Position numbers and translations under genes: made by a program. The notes under the pieces are model-generated. The model was not told the origin of the DNA. It did no database searches and saw only the letters and a list, made by a program, of their open reading frames with translations. DNA of 28,166 nucleotides from Halalkalibacterium halodurans (GTDB lineage Bacteria; Bacillota; Bacilli; Bacillales; Bacillaceae_D), in NCBI RefSeq assembly GCF_004376175.1, contig NZ_SNUY01000059.1, positions 1 to 28,166 on the forward strand. Direction: 5' to 3'. The stretch's first letter is position 1. Every line of letters starts with the position of its first letter. Below, one piece after another: positions 15,569 through 22,794 of this stretch.

Positions 15569-15940
15569 TTAACAGCAAGCTGAGTTATCACCAAAGAGTT
15601 CAGAATTTTTGATTTCACCAGCCAGACGTTTTATATAAAAATCAGGATTCTTTTTGAACTCTGTCATACAATGAGGACATCTGCAAAAATTAAATTTGAT
15701 ATCCTCATGCTGATATTCAATTGTGAACTCCGCTGGTTTTTCAGCTAAACAAGCGGGACAAACAACCCAGTCGGCTATTTCCGCAAGATATTTATCCGGA
15801 TCGGTAATAAAAATATCTACACATCCCTGGCAACAAAATTGATATTCTTCATCTTTATATTTGTATACGGCTGCCTTATCTTTTTCAATCCCTAATCGTA
15901 CTAGGGAACACCCACAGGCAGGACAGATTGAAGTTTTCAT
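15569..15940 (-). CDS. tandem TRASH/YHS-type Cys-rich metal-binding protein with C-terminal Cys-Cys
   Basis: Two copies of the CPxC...(Y/F)xFCxxxC...F..(D/N)P(D)xY pattern: ICPACG...YQFCCQGCVDIFITDPDKYL and VCPACL...FNFCRCPHCMTEFKKNPDFYI. Ends in ...NSACC. AGGAGG RBS. Confidence 0.6.
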   Translation of the reverse strand: MKTSICPACGCSLVRLGIEKDKAAVYKYKDEEYQFCCQGCVDIFITDPDKYLAEIADWVVCPACLAEKPAEFTIEYQHEDIKFNFCRCPHCMTEFKKNPDFYIKRLAGEIKNSELFGDNSACC

Positions 15941-16132
15941 GCTTGCTTTTTCCTCCTAGAATTTAAATGTTTTTTTGATTCGCAACCTCAATGGGCCATG
16001 GACTTGACCCCCCTAAGCTCATTCCTACAAGGAGGATATTGTTCGGAGGATAATTGCTATTGAGAAAGAATAGCCTTGTATCCATCTTTATCAAACCATG
16101 TAATACCCCTTCTGGCATCGTCGTACTTAAGA

Positions 16133-16789
16133 CTAGATGTCACAGCAGGACCCATTGGAAGGGCCTGTTTTTTCGTAATTCTTCCCCATAAGGTTTCCAA
16201 GTTTAAAAGCATCTTCAACAGATAACACTTTTCCCCCTGGATGTTGGTTAAGCCAGTCCTGCGCTGCACTCGGTGAGCTGAAAAAATGGACTTCGTTGCA
16301 GAATGCCGAGCGGACCGCGGACATATCGTCTGGCGTAACGATCGAAACTACTGCCGTGGAAGGTTCCACCTTTACAATGCGTTCTGGTTCTACCGTCAAC
16401 CGTACGGGCTTACCGGTGGAGTGGCAAGGTGACTCGATATGAGCCGAGCGGCCGATGAGTCCCGGAAACATAAGTGTATCAAGGGCGCACCATGCATATA
16501 GTTGCTTCCCATCAACCTTGAAGTGGTGAGGGGTTGGTACCATGGTGAGACCATAACCAACGACACGGCCTTGTTCATCGAGCTCCACGCTGGGTAGAGA
16601 CTGGACAACTTTCCCTACCTCTTCGACAGGTTTTCCAGTCGCTGTCGCGATGTCTTCAATGGTAACTGGCTCCCCCTCTGTCAGCATTTGTAACGTCGGC
16701 CGGAAGATCCACTGCATGGAGCTTCCTCCCTCTCTCTTTTTAGACCGTTGGTCAAGTAAGGTTACGAGTTCCTGAATTTCTTTTTTCAT
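16133..16789 (-). CDS. merB: organomercurial lyase MerB (canonical Cys-x-x-Asp active site)
   Basis: [10 protein letters not shown] and [11 protein letters not shown] signatures. Extra C-terminal tail ...GSCCDI. Higher G+C than its neighbours (33/60 in 16381-16440 versus 25/60 in 17041-17100, hand count). Confidence 0.85.
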   Translation of the reverse strand: MKKEIQELVTLLDQRSKKREGGSSMQWIFRPTLQMLTEGEPVTIEDIATATGKPVEEVGKVVQSLPSVELDEQGRVVGYGLTMVPTPHHFKVDGKQLYAWCALDTLMFPGLIGRSAHIESPCHSTGKPVRLTVEPERIVKVEPSTAVVSIVTPDDMSAVRSAFCNEVHFFSSPSAAQDWLNQHPGGKVLSVEDAFKLGNLMGKNYEKTGPSNGSCCDI

Positions 16790-16981
16790 GTCTTTTTCCT
16801 CCTGAGCTTTTTGTAAATTTTTATGTTACTCTCGTGTTACCTAATAAATATTTCTACATATGCGTGTGCTACACAATTAAAGTGTCCAGAAAAGGGATGA
16901 TCAATGGAACAAAAGCGATGTATAGGGTTTTCTTTTAACCTTTTGGTTTTCTTGTCTGGATCCATTCATGAGATCCAGCCC

Positions 16982-17611
16982 CTATGATAAGAAATTTTTC
17001 AATTCGTTTCCAAAAGAGAGGGCTTGTTCCAAAGTCATGACTTCCCCATGCAATTTTGGATGTTCTTCTTTCCACTTGTTTGCATGCTCAACTGAGCTAA
17101 AATAGTGAATCTGTTTACATGTTCCACCAGCCCATGGAGCCTCTGAATCAAACGGCACCGTCCAGATTACTGTAGAATCGGGAGTTACCTTTTCCAATTT
17201 CCCGTTTCGGACAGTTACCTCAATCGATTCACCTGTGTACGCACAGCTGGAATGTATATCGACATCAGCCTCCAGCGCAGTAGACAGTTCCAATGTAGAA
17301 ATTGCACACCAGGCAAATAAAGTTCGTCCTTCCATTTGGATCTTATTATTAGTCTGTATAATCGATAATCCCAAGGCCCCTACTATTTTTCGATTGTCTC
17401 CACGAACGATCATCTGCCGTTGGGCTAATATTTCTACTACTGACTCAACGGTTTTTGTTTCAATTCCCGTTTGCTTTGCTAAAAAATCTTCGGAAACAGG
17501 CCGCCCCTCACGAATCGAGAAAAATACTGCCCTCAGGATAGGCCTTGTTTCTTTAGGCAGGCTAAATAACAATACATTATAAAATTCTTTGATTTCGGAT
17601 TCATTCTTCAT
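16982..17611 (-). CDS. merB: organomercurial lyase MerB variant with Ser in place of the catalytic Asp (MerB2-type)
   Basis: LFAWCAISTL (Cys-Ala-Ile-Ser) and GGTCKQIHYFSS. The likely start is the ATG at 17611, preceded by GGAGGG, overlapping the merR-family stop by 11 nt. Confidence 0.8.
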   Translation of the reverse strand: MKNESEIKEFYNVLLFSLPKETRPILRAVFFSIREGRPVSEDFLAKQTGIETKTVESVVEILAQRQMIVRGDNRKIVGALGLSIIQTNNKIQMEGRTLFAWCAISTLELSTALEADVDIHSSCAYTGESIEVTVRNGKLEKVTPDSTVIWTVPFDSEAPWAGGTCKQIHYFSSVEHANKWKEEHPKLHGEVMTLEQALSFGNELKNFLS

Positions 17612-18014
17612 TTGTAAATCCCTCCATTTGACTAAATACATCTTCCGGGGAGTCAAGAAACGATGAAACATGTTGACGTAATTTTTGCAGTTCTTCGATA
17701 TGCTCATCGATTTTGGCCAGTTTTTCCTTCAACAATTGTTGAAGACGAGGTTCAACTTCTACAGTATCTTTTACGAAAATCACAGATAAATCTTTCATTT
17801 CCTCTAGGGATACGCCTAACGATTGAAGCTGTTTAATGCAATTGATACAAAATACATGATCTTGGTTATAAACACGGTAGTTACCCTCACTGCGCTTAAT
17901 GGAAGGCAGGATCAATCCCTTTTCTTCATACAAGCGAATCGCTTTTCGAGTGACTCCGGTTTCTTCTGATAGTTGACCGATTGTAAATGAATCCACCTGC
18001 TTGCCCCCTTTCAT
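17601..18014 (-). CDS. MerR-family transcriptional regulator (lacks the canonical C-terminal Hg-binding cysteines)
   Basis: N-terminal HTH FTIGQLSEETGVTRKAIRLYEEKGLI, then a coiled-coil dimerisation helix. The only Cys residues are in FCINC. The true start may be the GTG at 17996, after AAAGGGGG. Confidence 0.75.
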   Translation of the reverse strand: MKGGKQVDSFTIGQLSEETGVTRKAIRLYEEKGLILPSIKRSEGNYRVYNQDHVFCINCIKQLQSLGVSLEEMKDLSVIFVKDTVEVEPRLQQLLKEKLAKIDEHIEELQKLRQHVSSFLDSPEDVFSQMEGFTNEE

Positions 18015-18169
18015 CTGATAAAACTTAGTTAACTAACCAGAGTATACAACCTTAACCTTAGGGGGAGGTCAAGGGGGAAATTAATTATTATAATTATTCC
18101 CGTAAGCAAAGCAAAAATATTTGTAATTAAATATTAAAATATTATAATATATAAAGTGGAGGTGTTAAA
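18015..18169. promoter_or_regulatory. divergent promoter/operator region between the merR-merB-merB and arsR-merE-...-merA operons
   Basis: Minus strand: TTGACC, 20-nt spacer, TATACT (the long spacer is typical of MerR-family promoters), overlapping the dyad CCTTGACC-N9-GGTTAAGG. Plus strand: TTGTAA, 16 nt, TATAAT ahead of the ArsR gene, plus the AT-rich palindrome GGGAA-N17-TTCCC. Confidence 0.5.
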
Positions 18170-18511
18170 ATGGTGAAAGAACAACCTGTTTTGCAGTTGG
18201 AGGATTTACAGCACGAGCTTATAGCGAAGTTTTTTCACGGACTATCGAATCCGGCGAGATTTAAAATCGCTGTGTCCTTGCTCGAATCCGAAAAAAATGT
18301 TAGTCAATTAGTTCATGAGTTAGGAATGAAACAATCTCAAATATCAAACCAGCTTGCTTGTTTGAAATGGTGTGGTTATGTGTCGACACGCCAAGAAGGC
18401 AAATTTATTTATTATCGGATTACAGACGAAAGAATTCGAAACATAATCGAACTGGCCCGCCAGGTCGTCGCCGACAATGCTGAACATATCAATTGTTGTA
18501 CGAGAATCTAA
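18170..18511 (+). CDS. ArsR/SmtB-family metalloregulator (candidate Hg-responsive repressor)
   Basis: The wHTH core (LSNPARFKIAVSLL...NVSQLVHELGMKQSQISNQLACLKWCGYV) is ArsR-like. Cys residues at CLKWC, and a C-terminal vicinal pair in INCCTRI. GGAGGTG RBS. Confidence 0.75.
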   Translation: MVKEQPVLQLEDLQHELIAKFFHGLSNPARFKIAVSLLESEKNVSQLVHELGMKQSQISNQLACLKWCGYVSTRQEGKFIYYRITDERIRNIIELARQVVADNAEHINCCTRI

Positions 18512-18556
18512 GGATTAAGAATTCTTTACTAGAGTTTGATGGAGGGAGGAATTTTC

Positions 18557-18817
18557 TTGAAGGAAAAAATGAAAGGCTGGGGATGGGGAGCTTTAGCATT
18601 CCTAACTTGTCCGTGCCATCTGATTTTAATCATCCCTTTATTGGCAGGTACTGCATTGGGAGCCTATTTAACTACTTATAAAACTGCGGCCTTTATTATT
18701 TTAGGGGCATTATTTGCCTTGTCCCTTTACAGGGTCTTAAGTAAAATGTGGCCCGAAAAAACGGAAGATCAAACCATGGATTGCTGTCTTCCTGATAAGA
18801 AGGAAGTGAAGTCATGA
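18557..18817 (+). CDS. merE: MerE-family small mercury transporter
   Basis: WGALAFLTCPCHLILIIPLLAGTALGAYL closely parallels the Tn21 MerE core (WGALAVLTCPCHLPILAAVLAGTTAGAFL, recalled). GGAGGGAGG then TTG at 18557; an alternative ATG lies at 18569. The C-terminal tail contains DCC. Confidence 0.7.
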   Translation: MKEKMKGWGWGALAFLTCPCHLILIIPLLAGTALGAYLTTYKTAAFIILGALFALSLYRVLSKMWPEKTEDQTMDCCLPDKKEVKS

Positions 18818-19335
18818 AACGCGCTGCTCTTCTTGTTCTTTTACTTGCTGTAATCGGTATTGGTTATTTTGCGGTTACCAAATTGGGGGGATCAGCAGGT
18901 GCGGGCGTTGTGAAAACATCTGAGCAGGCAAGTAAAACAGCTGAAAATCCGACAGTTTCCAATTTGAGTTTTACAGATATCGACGAAAAGGTTGTAAAGG
19001 TCGACCCCAACAAAAAGACCATTCTTCATTTTATGATATCTACCGGGTGTCCATCTTGTGCAGTTATGGCAGGGAACCTAACCAAGTTTGCGGACAATCC
19101 TAATATCGATCTGGTTTCCATTGCCATGGATCCAGTGAATGACACAAAAGAGACGATTCAAGAATTTAGGGAAAACACGCAGGCAAAATGGCCTTTTACC
19201 ATCGATAAGGATCAATCGCTGATACAAAAATTTAACGTTACCTCCATTGATACGGTTATGATTATTTATCAGAATAAGCTTATTTTTAGTGGAGTGTACC
19301 CTTCAATTTCAGAATTGGAGAATGAGCTAAAATGA
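18814..19335 (+). CDS. membrane-anchored thioredoxin-fold (TlpA/ResA-like) protein with CPSC motif
   Basis: N-terminal hydrophobic anchor, FMISTGCPSCAVMAG CxxC motif, thioredoxin-like length. Start overlaps the merE stop (ATGA). Confidence 0.65.
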   Translation: MKRAALLVLLLAVIGIGYFAVTKLGGSAGAGVVKTSEQASKTAENPTVSNLSFTDIDEKVVKVDPNKKTILHFMISTGCPSCAVMAGNLTKFADNPNIDLVSIAMDPVNDTKETIQEFRENTQAKWPFTIDKDQSLIQKFNVTSIDTVMIIYQNKLIFSGVYPSISELENELK

Positions 19336-19991
19336 CGGCAACTGCACTTCTTATCCTTGGAACCGGTATGATGGCGGCATTCAATCCCTGTGGCATTGCG
19401 ATGCTGCCTTCGTACATCGTTTACTTATTAGGCGGACAGAAAAGGAAAGCGTTCGATGGCCTTTGGGCTGGCCTGCTTATGACAACCGGCTTTTTGGTAG
19501 TCTTTCTGATTGCCGGATTAGTTTCCGTTATTTTTGCCGAATTATTAGGGAAAGCTATGCCATGGATTGCGTTTTTCGTTGCGGTTGGCTTTGCTGTTGC
19601 AGGTATCTTCATGATGTCTGGCAAAAATGTATTTTCGTTTCATATCGGTGGTAATTGGGAAATGAAAAAAGGCGCGAAAATATCCCTATTCCTTTATGGA
19701 ATCGCATACGCTCTCGGCTCCCTTGGTTGTACTTTACCATTATTCTCTGTTTTGGTTTTATCCTCATTTGGGGCAAGTGGTTTTCTGAGCGGGATGTTTA
19801 ACTTCCTGTTGTACGCACTTGGGATGGGTTTCGTTGTTACGTTAATTTCACTGGCTTCAACGATTTCCCAACAACTTGTAATGGACTTTGTCCGTTCAAG
19901 CGCCCGGTGGATGGGAAAATTAAGCGGCGCCATTACATTGGCGACAGGGATTTATCTGATTTTTTATTGGTTTCCGAAACTCCCTTTGTAA
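19332..19991 (+). CDS. CcdA/DsbD-family integral membrane thiol-transfer protein (candidate Hg(II) importer)
   Basis: About six TM segments, with Cys in TM1 (FNPCGIAMLP) and TM4 (LGSLGCTLPLF) as in CcdA/DsbD_2. Start overlaps the upstream stop (ATGA). Confidence 0.6.
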   Translation: MTATALLILGTGMMAAFNPCGIAMLPSYIVYLLGGQKRKAFDGLWAGLLMTTGFLVVFLIAGLVSVIFAELLGKAMPWIAFFVAVGFAVAGIFMMSGKNVFSFHIGGNWEMKKGAKISLFLYGIAYALGSLGCTLPLFSVLVLSSFGASGFLSGMFNFLLYALGMGFVVTLISLASTISQQLVMDFVRSSARWMGKLSGAITLATGIYLIFYWFPKLPL

Positions 19992-20026
19992 AGTAATACG
20001 AATTTAAATTGGAAAGGTGAATAATT

Positions 20027-21679
20027 ATGTCTGAAAAAGAGATAAACGTACGAATTCCTACACAGGGAATGACTTGTGCTGGTTGTGAAGATCACGTGAT
20101 CAACGCATTGAACAGTATTGGCGCAAAGAATGTAACGGCAAGTTTTCGCAAAGGAGAAGCAACTTTCCAGGTTGAAGAGAAAAGCGACATTGAAAAAGCA
20201 AAGAAAGCAATCGCGGATACCGGGTACATGCCTGGGGAGGCTGAAATCATTTCCAGTGAAAGAAAACCTGAACTGAGCCAGGAAGGCGACTATGATTTAC
20301 TTATTATTGGATCCGGCGGAGCTGCCTTTTCGGCAGCGATTGAAGCAGTCGGACAAGGTGCTAAAGTAGCCATGGTCGAGCGTGGCACCATAGGCGGAAC
20401 TTGTGTCAATATTGGGTGTGTCCCTTCCAAAACACTGCTTCGTGCCGGGGAAATCAATCATTTGGCTCGCATGAATCCTTTTCTCGGACTAGACATTTCA
20501 GCGGGACCGGTAGATTTAGCCACATTAGTTAACAAAAAGAATGAACTTGTTGACAATATGCGTCAGGAGAAATACGTCAATTTAATCGATGATTACGGTT
20601 TTGACCTTATCCAAGGGGAAGCGAAATTCCTTGATGAGAACACGGTAGAGGTTGATGGGCGGAAGATTACAGCGAAAAGCTTTTTCATTTCAACCGGTGC
20701 TTCTCCACAGGTGCCAGACATTGAAGGTTTAAAAGAAGTCGATTTTCTAACGAGTACTACAGCTCTTGAACTGAAAGAACTTCCGAAACGCCTAGCCGTC
20801 ATTGGTTCTGGATATATTGCGATGGAACTAGGACAGCTATTCCATAATTTGGGATCGGAAGTGACCTTAATCCAGCGAAGTCCACGCATTTTAAAAACAT
20901 ATGACCCTGAAATTTCTGAGGCTGTAACAGAAGCCTTAACGGAACAAGGGATAAGTTTAATTACGGGTGCGACGTATGAGAGAGTAGAAAAAGACGGGGA
21001 TGTCAAACGTATTCACATTGTGGTGAATGGTGAGAAACAGGTAATTGAAGCAGAACAGCTTCTTGTTGCCACTGGCCGAAAGCCAAATACAGCAGCACTT
21101 AACCTTGATGCTGCCGGTGTTAAGGTCGGATCTCGGGAAGAAGTGATCATTGATGAATATCTCCGGACAAGCAATCCGCGCATTTTTGCCGCAGGAGATG
21201 TAACAATGGGACCTCAATTTGTGTATGTAGCAGCCTATGAAGGCGGGGTTGCGGCTAGAAATGCCTTGGCTGTTACGGAACAAAAAATTGATCTTCGTTT
21301 CGTTCCAGGAGTCACGTTTACGAATCCTTCGATTGCTACTGTGGGGCTCACTGAAGAACAAGCGAAAGCAGAAGGATATGAAGTAAAGACGTCCGTTTTA
21401 CCTTTAGATGCTGTACCGAGAGCCCTTGTAAACCGGGAAACAACTGGTGTTTTCAAACTGATCGCTGACGCGAAAACATTAAAAGTGCTTGGCGTTCATA
21501 TTGTGGCCGAAAATGCCGGGGATGTTATTTATGCAGGAACATTGGCAGTTAAATTTGGTTTAACGGTTCAAGATTTACGCGAAAGCCTTGCGCCTTATTT
21601 GACGATGGCGGAAGGATTAAAGTTAGCAGCTCTTACTTTTGATAAGGATGTTTCCAAATTATCCTGTTGTGCAGGGTAA
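20027..21679 (+). CDS. merA: mercuric reductase MerA with one N-terminal HMA (NmerA) domain
   Basis: [13 protein letters not shown] motif, [13 protein letters not shown] site, redox-active [12 protein letters not shown]-terminal LSCCAG Cys pair. 550 aa. Confidence 0.95.
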   Translation: MSEKEINVRIPTQGMTCAGCEDHVINALNSIGAKNVTASFRKGEATFQVEEKSDIEKAKKAIADTGYMPGEAEIISSERKPELSQEGDYDLLIIGSGGAAFSAAIEAVGQGAKVAMVERGTIGGTCVNIGCVPSKTLLRAGEINHLARMNPFLGLDISAGPVDLATLVNKKNELVDNMRQEKYVNLIDDYGFDLIQGEAKFLDENTVEVDGRKITAKSFFISTGASPQVPDIEGLKEVDFLTSTTALELKELPKRLAVIGSGYIAMELGQLFHNLGSEVTLIQRSPRILKTYDPEISEAVTEALTEQGISLITGATYERVEKDGDVKRIHIVVNGEKQVIEAEQLLVATGRKPNTAALNLDAAGVKVGSREEVIIDEYLRTSNPRIFAAGDVTMGPQFVYVAAYEGGVAARNALAVTEQKIDLRFVPGVTFTNPSIATVGLTEEQAKAEGYEVKTSVLPLDAVPRALVNRETTGVFKLIADAKTLKVLGVHIVAENAGDVIYAGTLAVKFGLTVQDLRESLAPYLTMAEGLKLAALTFDKDVSKLSCCAG

Positions 21680-21690
21680 GGTGAGATAAT

Positions 21691-21957
21691 GTAACCGCCT
21701 GATAACTTTGAACACTTTTTGCTAAATTGAAGTGAACACTTTACTGGAAGTTGTGGGGACATGTTGTCACTTTACATGGAGCCCCTGCGCGCAAGATCAC
21801 GAGCCATGAAGCCAGATGTACCAAAGAATCTGGCTCAGACGAAGTAGGCTATCATGTCCGCCTCTCCAAATAAAGCGCACGTCTCTACTGGAAAATAGTG
21901 TTCAGTCTTATTCAGCATTTTTAGGTAAGAAAGTGTTCATTTCTACTTGGCGGTTAC
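21691..21957. mobile_element. 267-bp MITE-like element with 9-bp perfect terminal inverted repeats and a 7-bp target-site duplication
   Basis: GTAACCGCC (21691-21699) and GGCGGTTAC (21949-21957). AGATAAT directly flanks both ends (21684-21690 and 21958-21964). Subterminal TGAACACT(T/A)T motifs occur twice at each end. No ORF. Confidence 0.75.
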
Positions 21958-21983
21958 AGATAATTATGGTGAGGTGAGAATGA

Positions 21984-22277
21984 ATGGGGATCTTTGATTT
22001 TTTTAAAAAGAATTCAATCGAAAATTCAATCATGAATCCAGGAATTGGAGAAAAGATGGTTGTTTTTAAAGATCTAGGCATGAGTTGAGGAAGTTGTAAA
22101 GCTTCGGTCGAAGCTGAGTTGAAAAAAGTATTGGGTGTTTCTCAATTTAATGTTAATGTGAAAAATCAATCAGCAACGGTCATTTTTGACCCATCGAAAA
22201 CAGATTTGAATTCCTTAAGAGAAGCTATTCACCGGGCTGGTTACACACCAAAGTATGAAATTGTCAAAGATGGATAA
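21984..22277 (+). pseudogene. HMA-domain (MerP/CopZ-like) gene with in-frame TGA replacing the first Cys of GMxCxxC: pseudogene or selenocysteine recoding
   Basis: GAGGTGA RBS with ATG at 21984. Reads ...KMVVFKDLGMS-TGA-GSCKASVEAELKKVLGVSQFNVNVKNQSATVIFDPSKTDLNSLREAIHRAGYTPKYEIVKDG. TGA at 22086-22088. Full HMA fold signature on both sides of the stop. Confidence 0.6.
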
Positions 22278-22303
22278 ATTGAAAAGTATATGTTTTTTTA
22301 ATG

Positions 22304-22347
22304 AACACATCCACTCTTCTTACAAGAGGCGTGATGTGTTTTATTCT
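22304..22347 (+). terminator. rho-independent terminator after the HMA gene
   Basis: AACACATC (22304-22311) pairs with GATGTGTT (22333-22340), with an inner CTCTT/AAGAG helix, followed by a T-rich tract. Confidence 0.65.
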
Positions 22348-22662
22348 TTCCGTTTTCCCCCACTTTTTTAGTTACTTTTTTATTCACTCATTAAACAGTG
22401 AGCAAAGAAACTGGATAATTTAATCAAATTCGAGCTTAATGCTGATGGACCTTAAAAGAAAGATGTACTTCGTTTGAAATCTCCGAAAAAAGTCACTGTT
22501 GTATCCCAAAAACAAAAAATGAAGCAAAGCTACTTTATTTTCGGCTTTTATCCTCTCCTGTAAATTGTGTTGCGTTAGAGTATCATTTCCATACTTATCA
22601 TACCACCATCAATGGGTCATGTTATGAAAAAAAATCCAGTCTATGACTTTTTACACGTATCT

Positions 22663-22700
22663 CGGCTGAACCCCTTCGAGGGGATATGTAAAAATACCCC
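22663..22700 (-). repeat. Tn3-family-type terminal inverted repeat (right copy, outer end at 22700)
   Basis: The reverse complement reads GGGGTATTTTTACATATCCCCTCGAAGGGGTTCAGCCGAG. The outer 26 nt or so match the IR at 12131; the inner part has diverged. Confidence 0.65.
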
Positions 22701-22794
22701 TAAGAAGAAATCGATTTAAAACACATTTTTCCTTTGGTTTTGGTAAATAGTAAAAAGGTAAGCAAAAAATATACATAAAGGAGATGTTTAAAAA

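Larger units (their letters stand above)
12131..22700. mobile_element. Tn3-family-type IR-bounded, non-autonomous mercury-resistance element (no intact transposase of its own)
   Basis: Bounded by inverted copies of GGGGTATTTTTRCATATCCCC-YCGAA-GGG. Contains a resolvase relic, an IS630-family IS, the mer genes and a MITE. No 5-bp direct repeat flanks it (CCTAA versus TAAGA). Confidence 0.55.
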
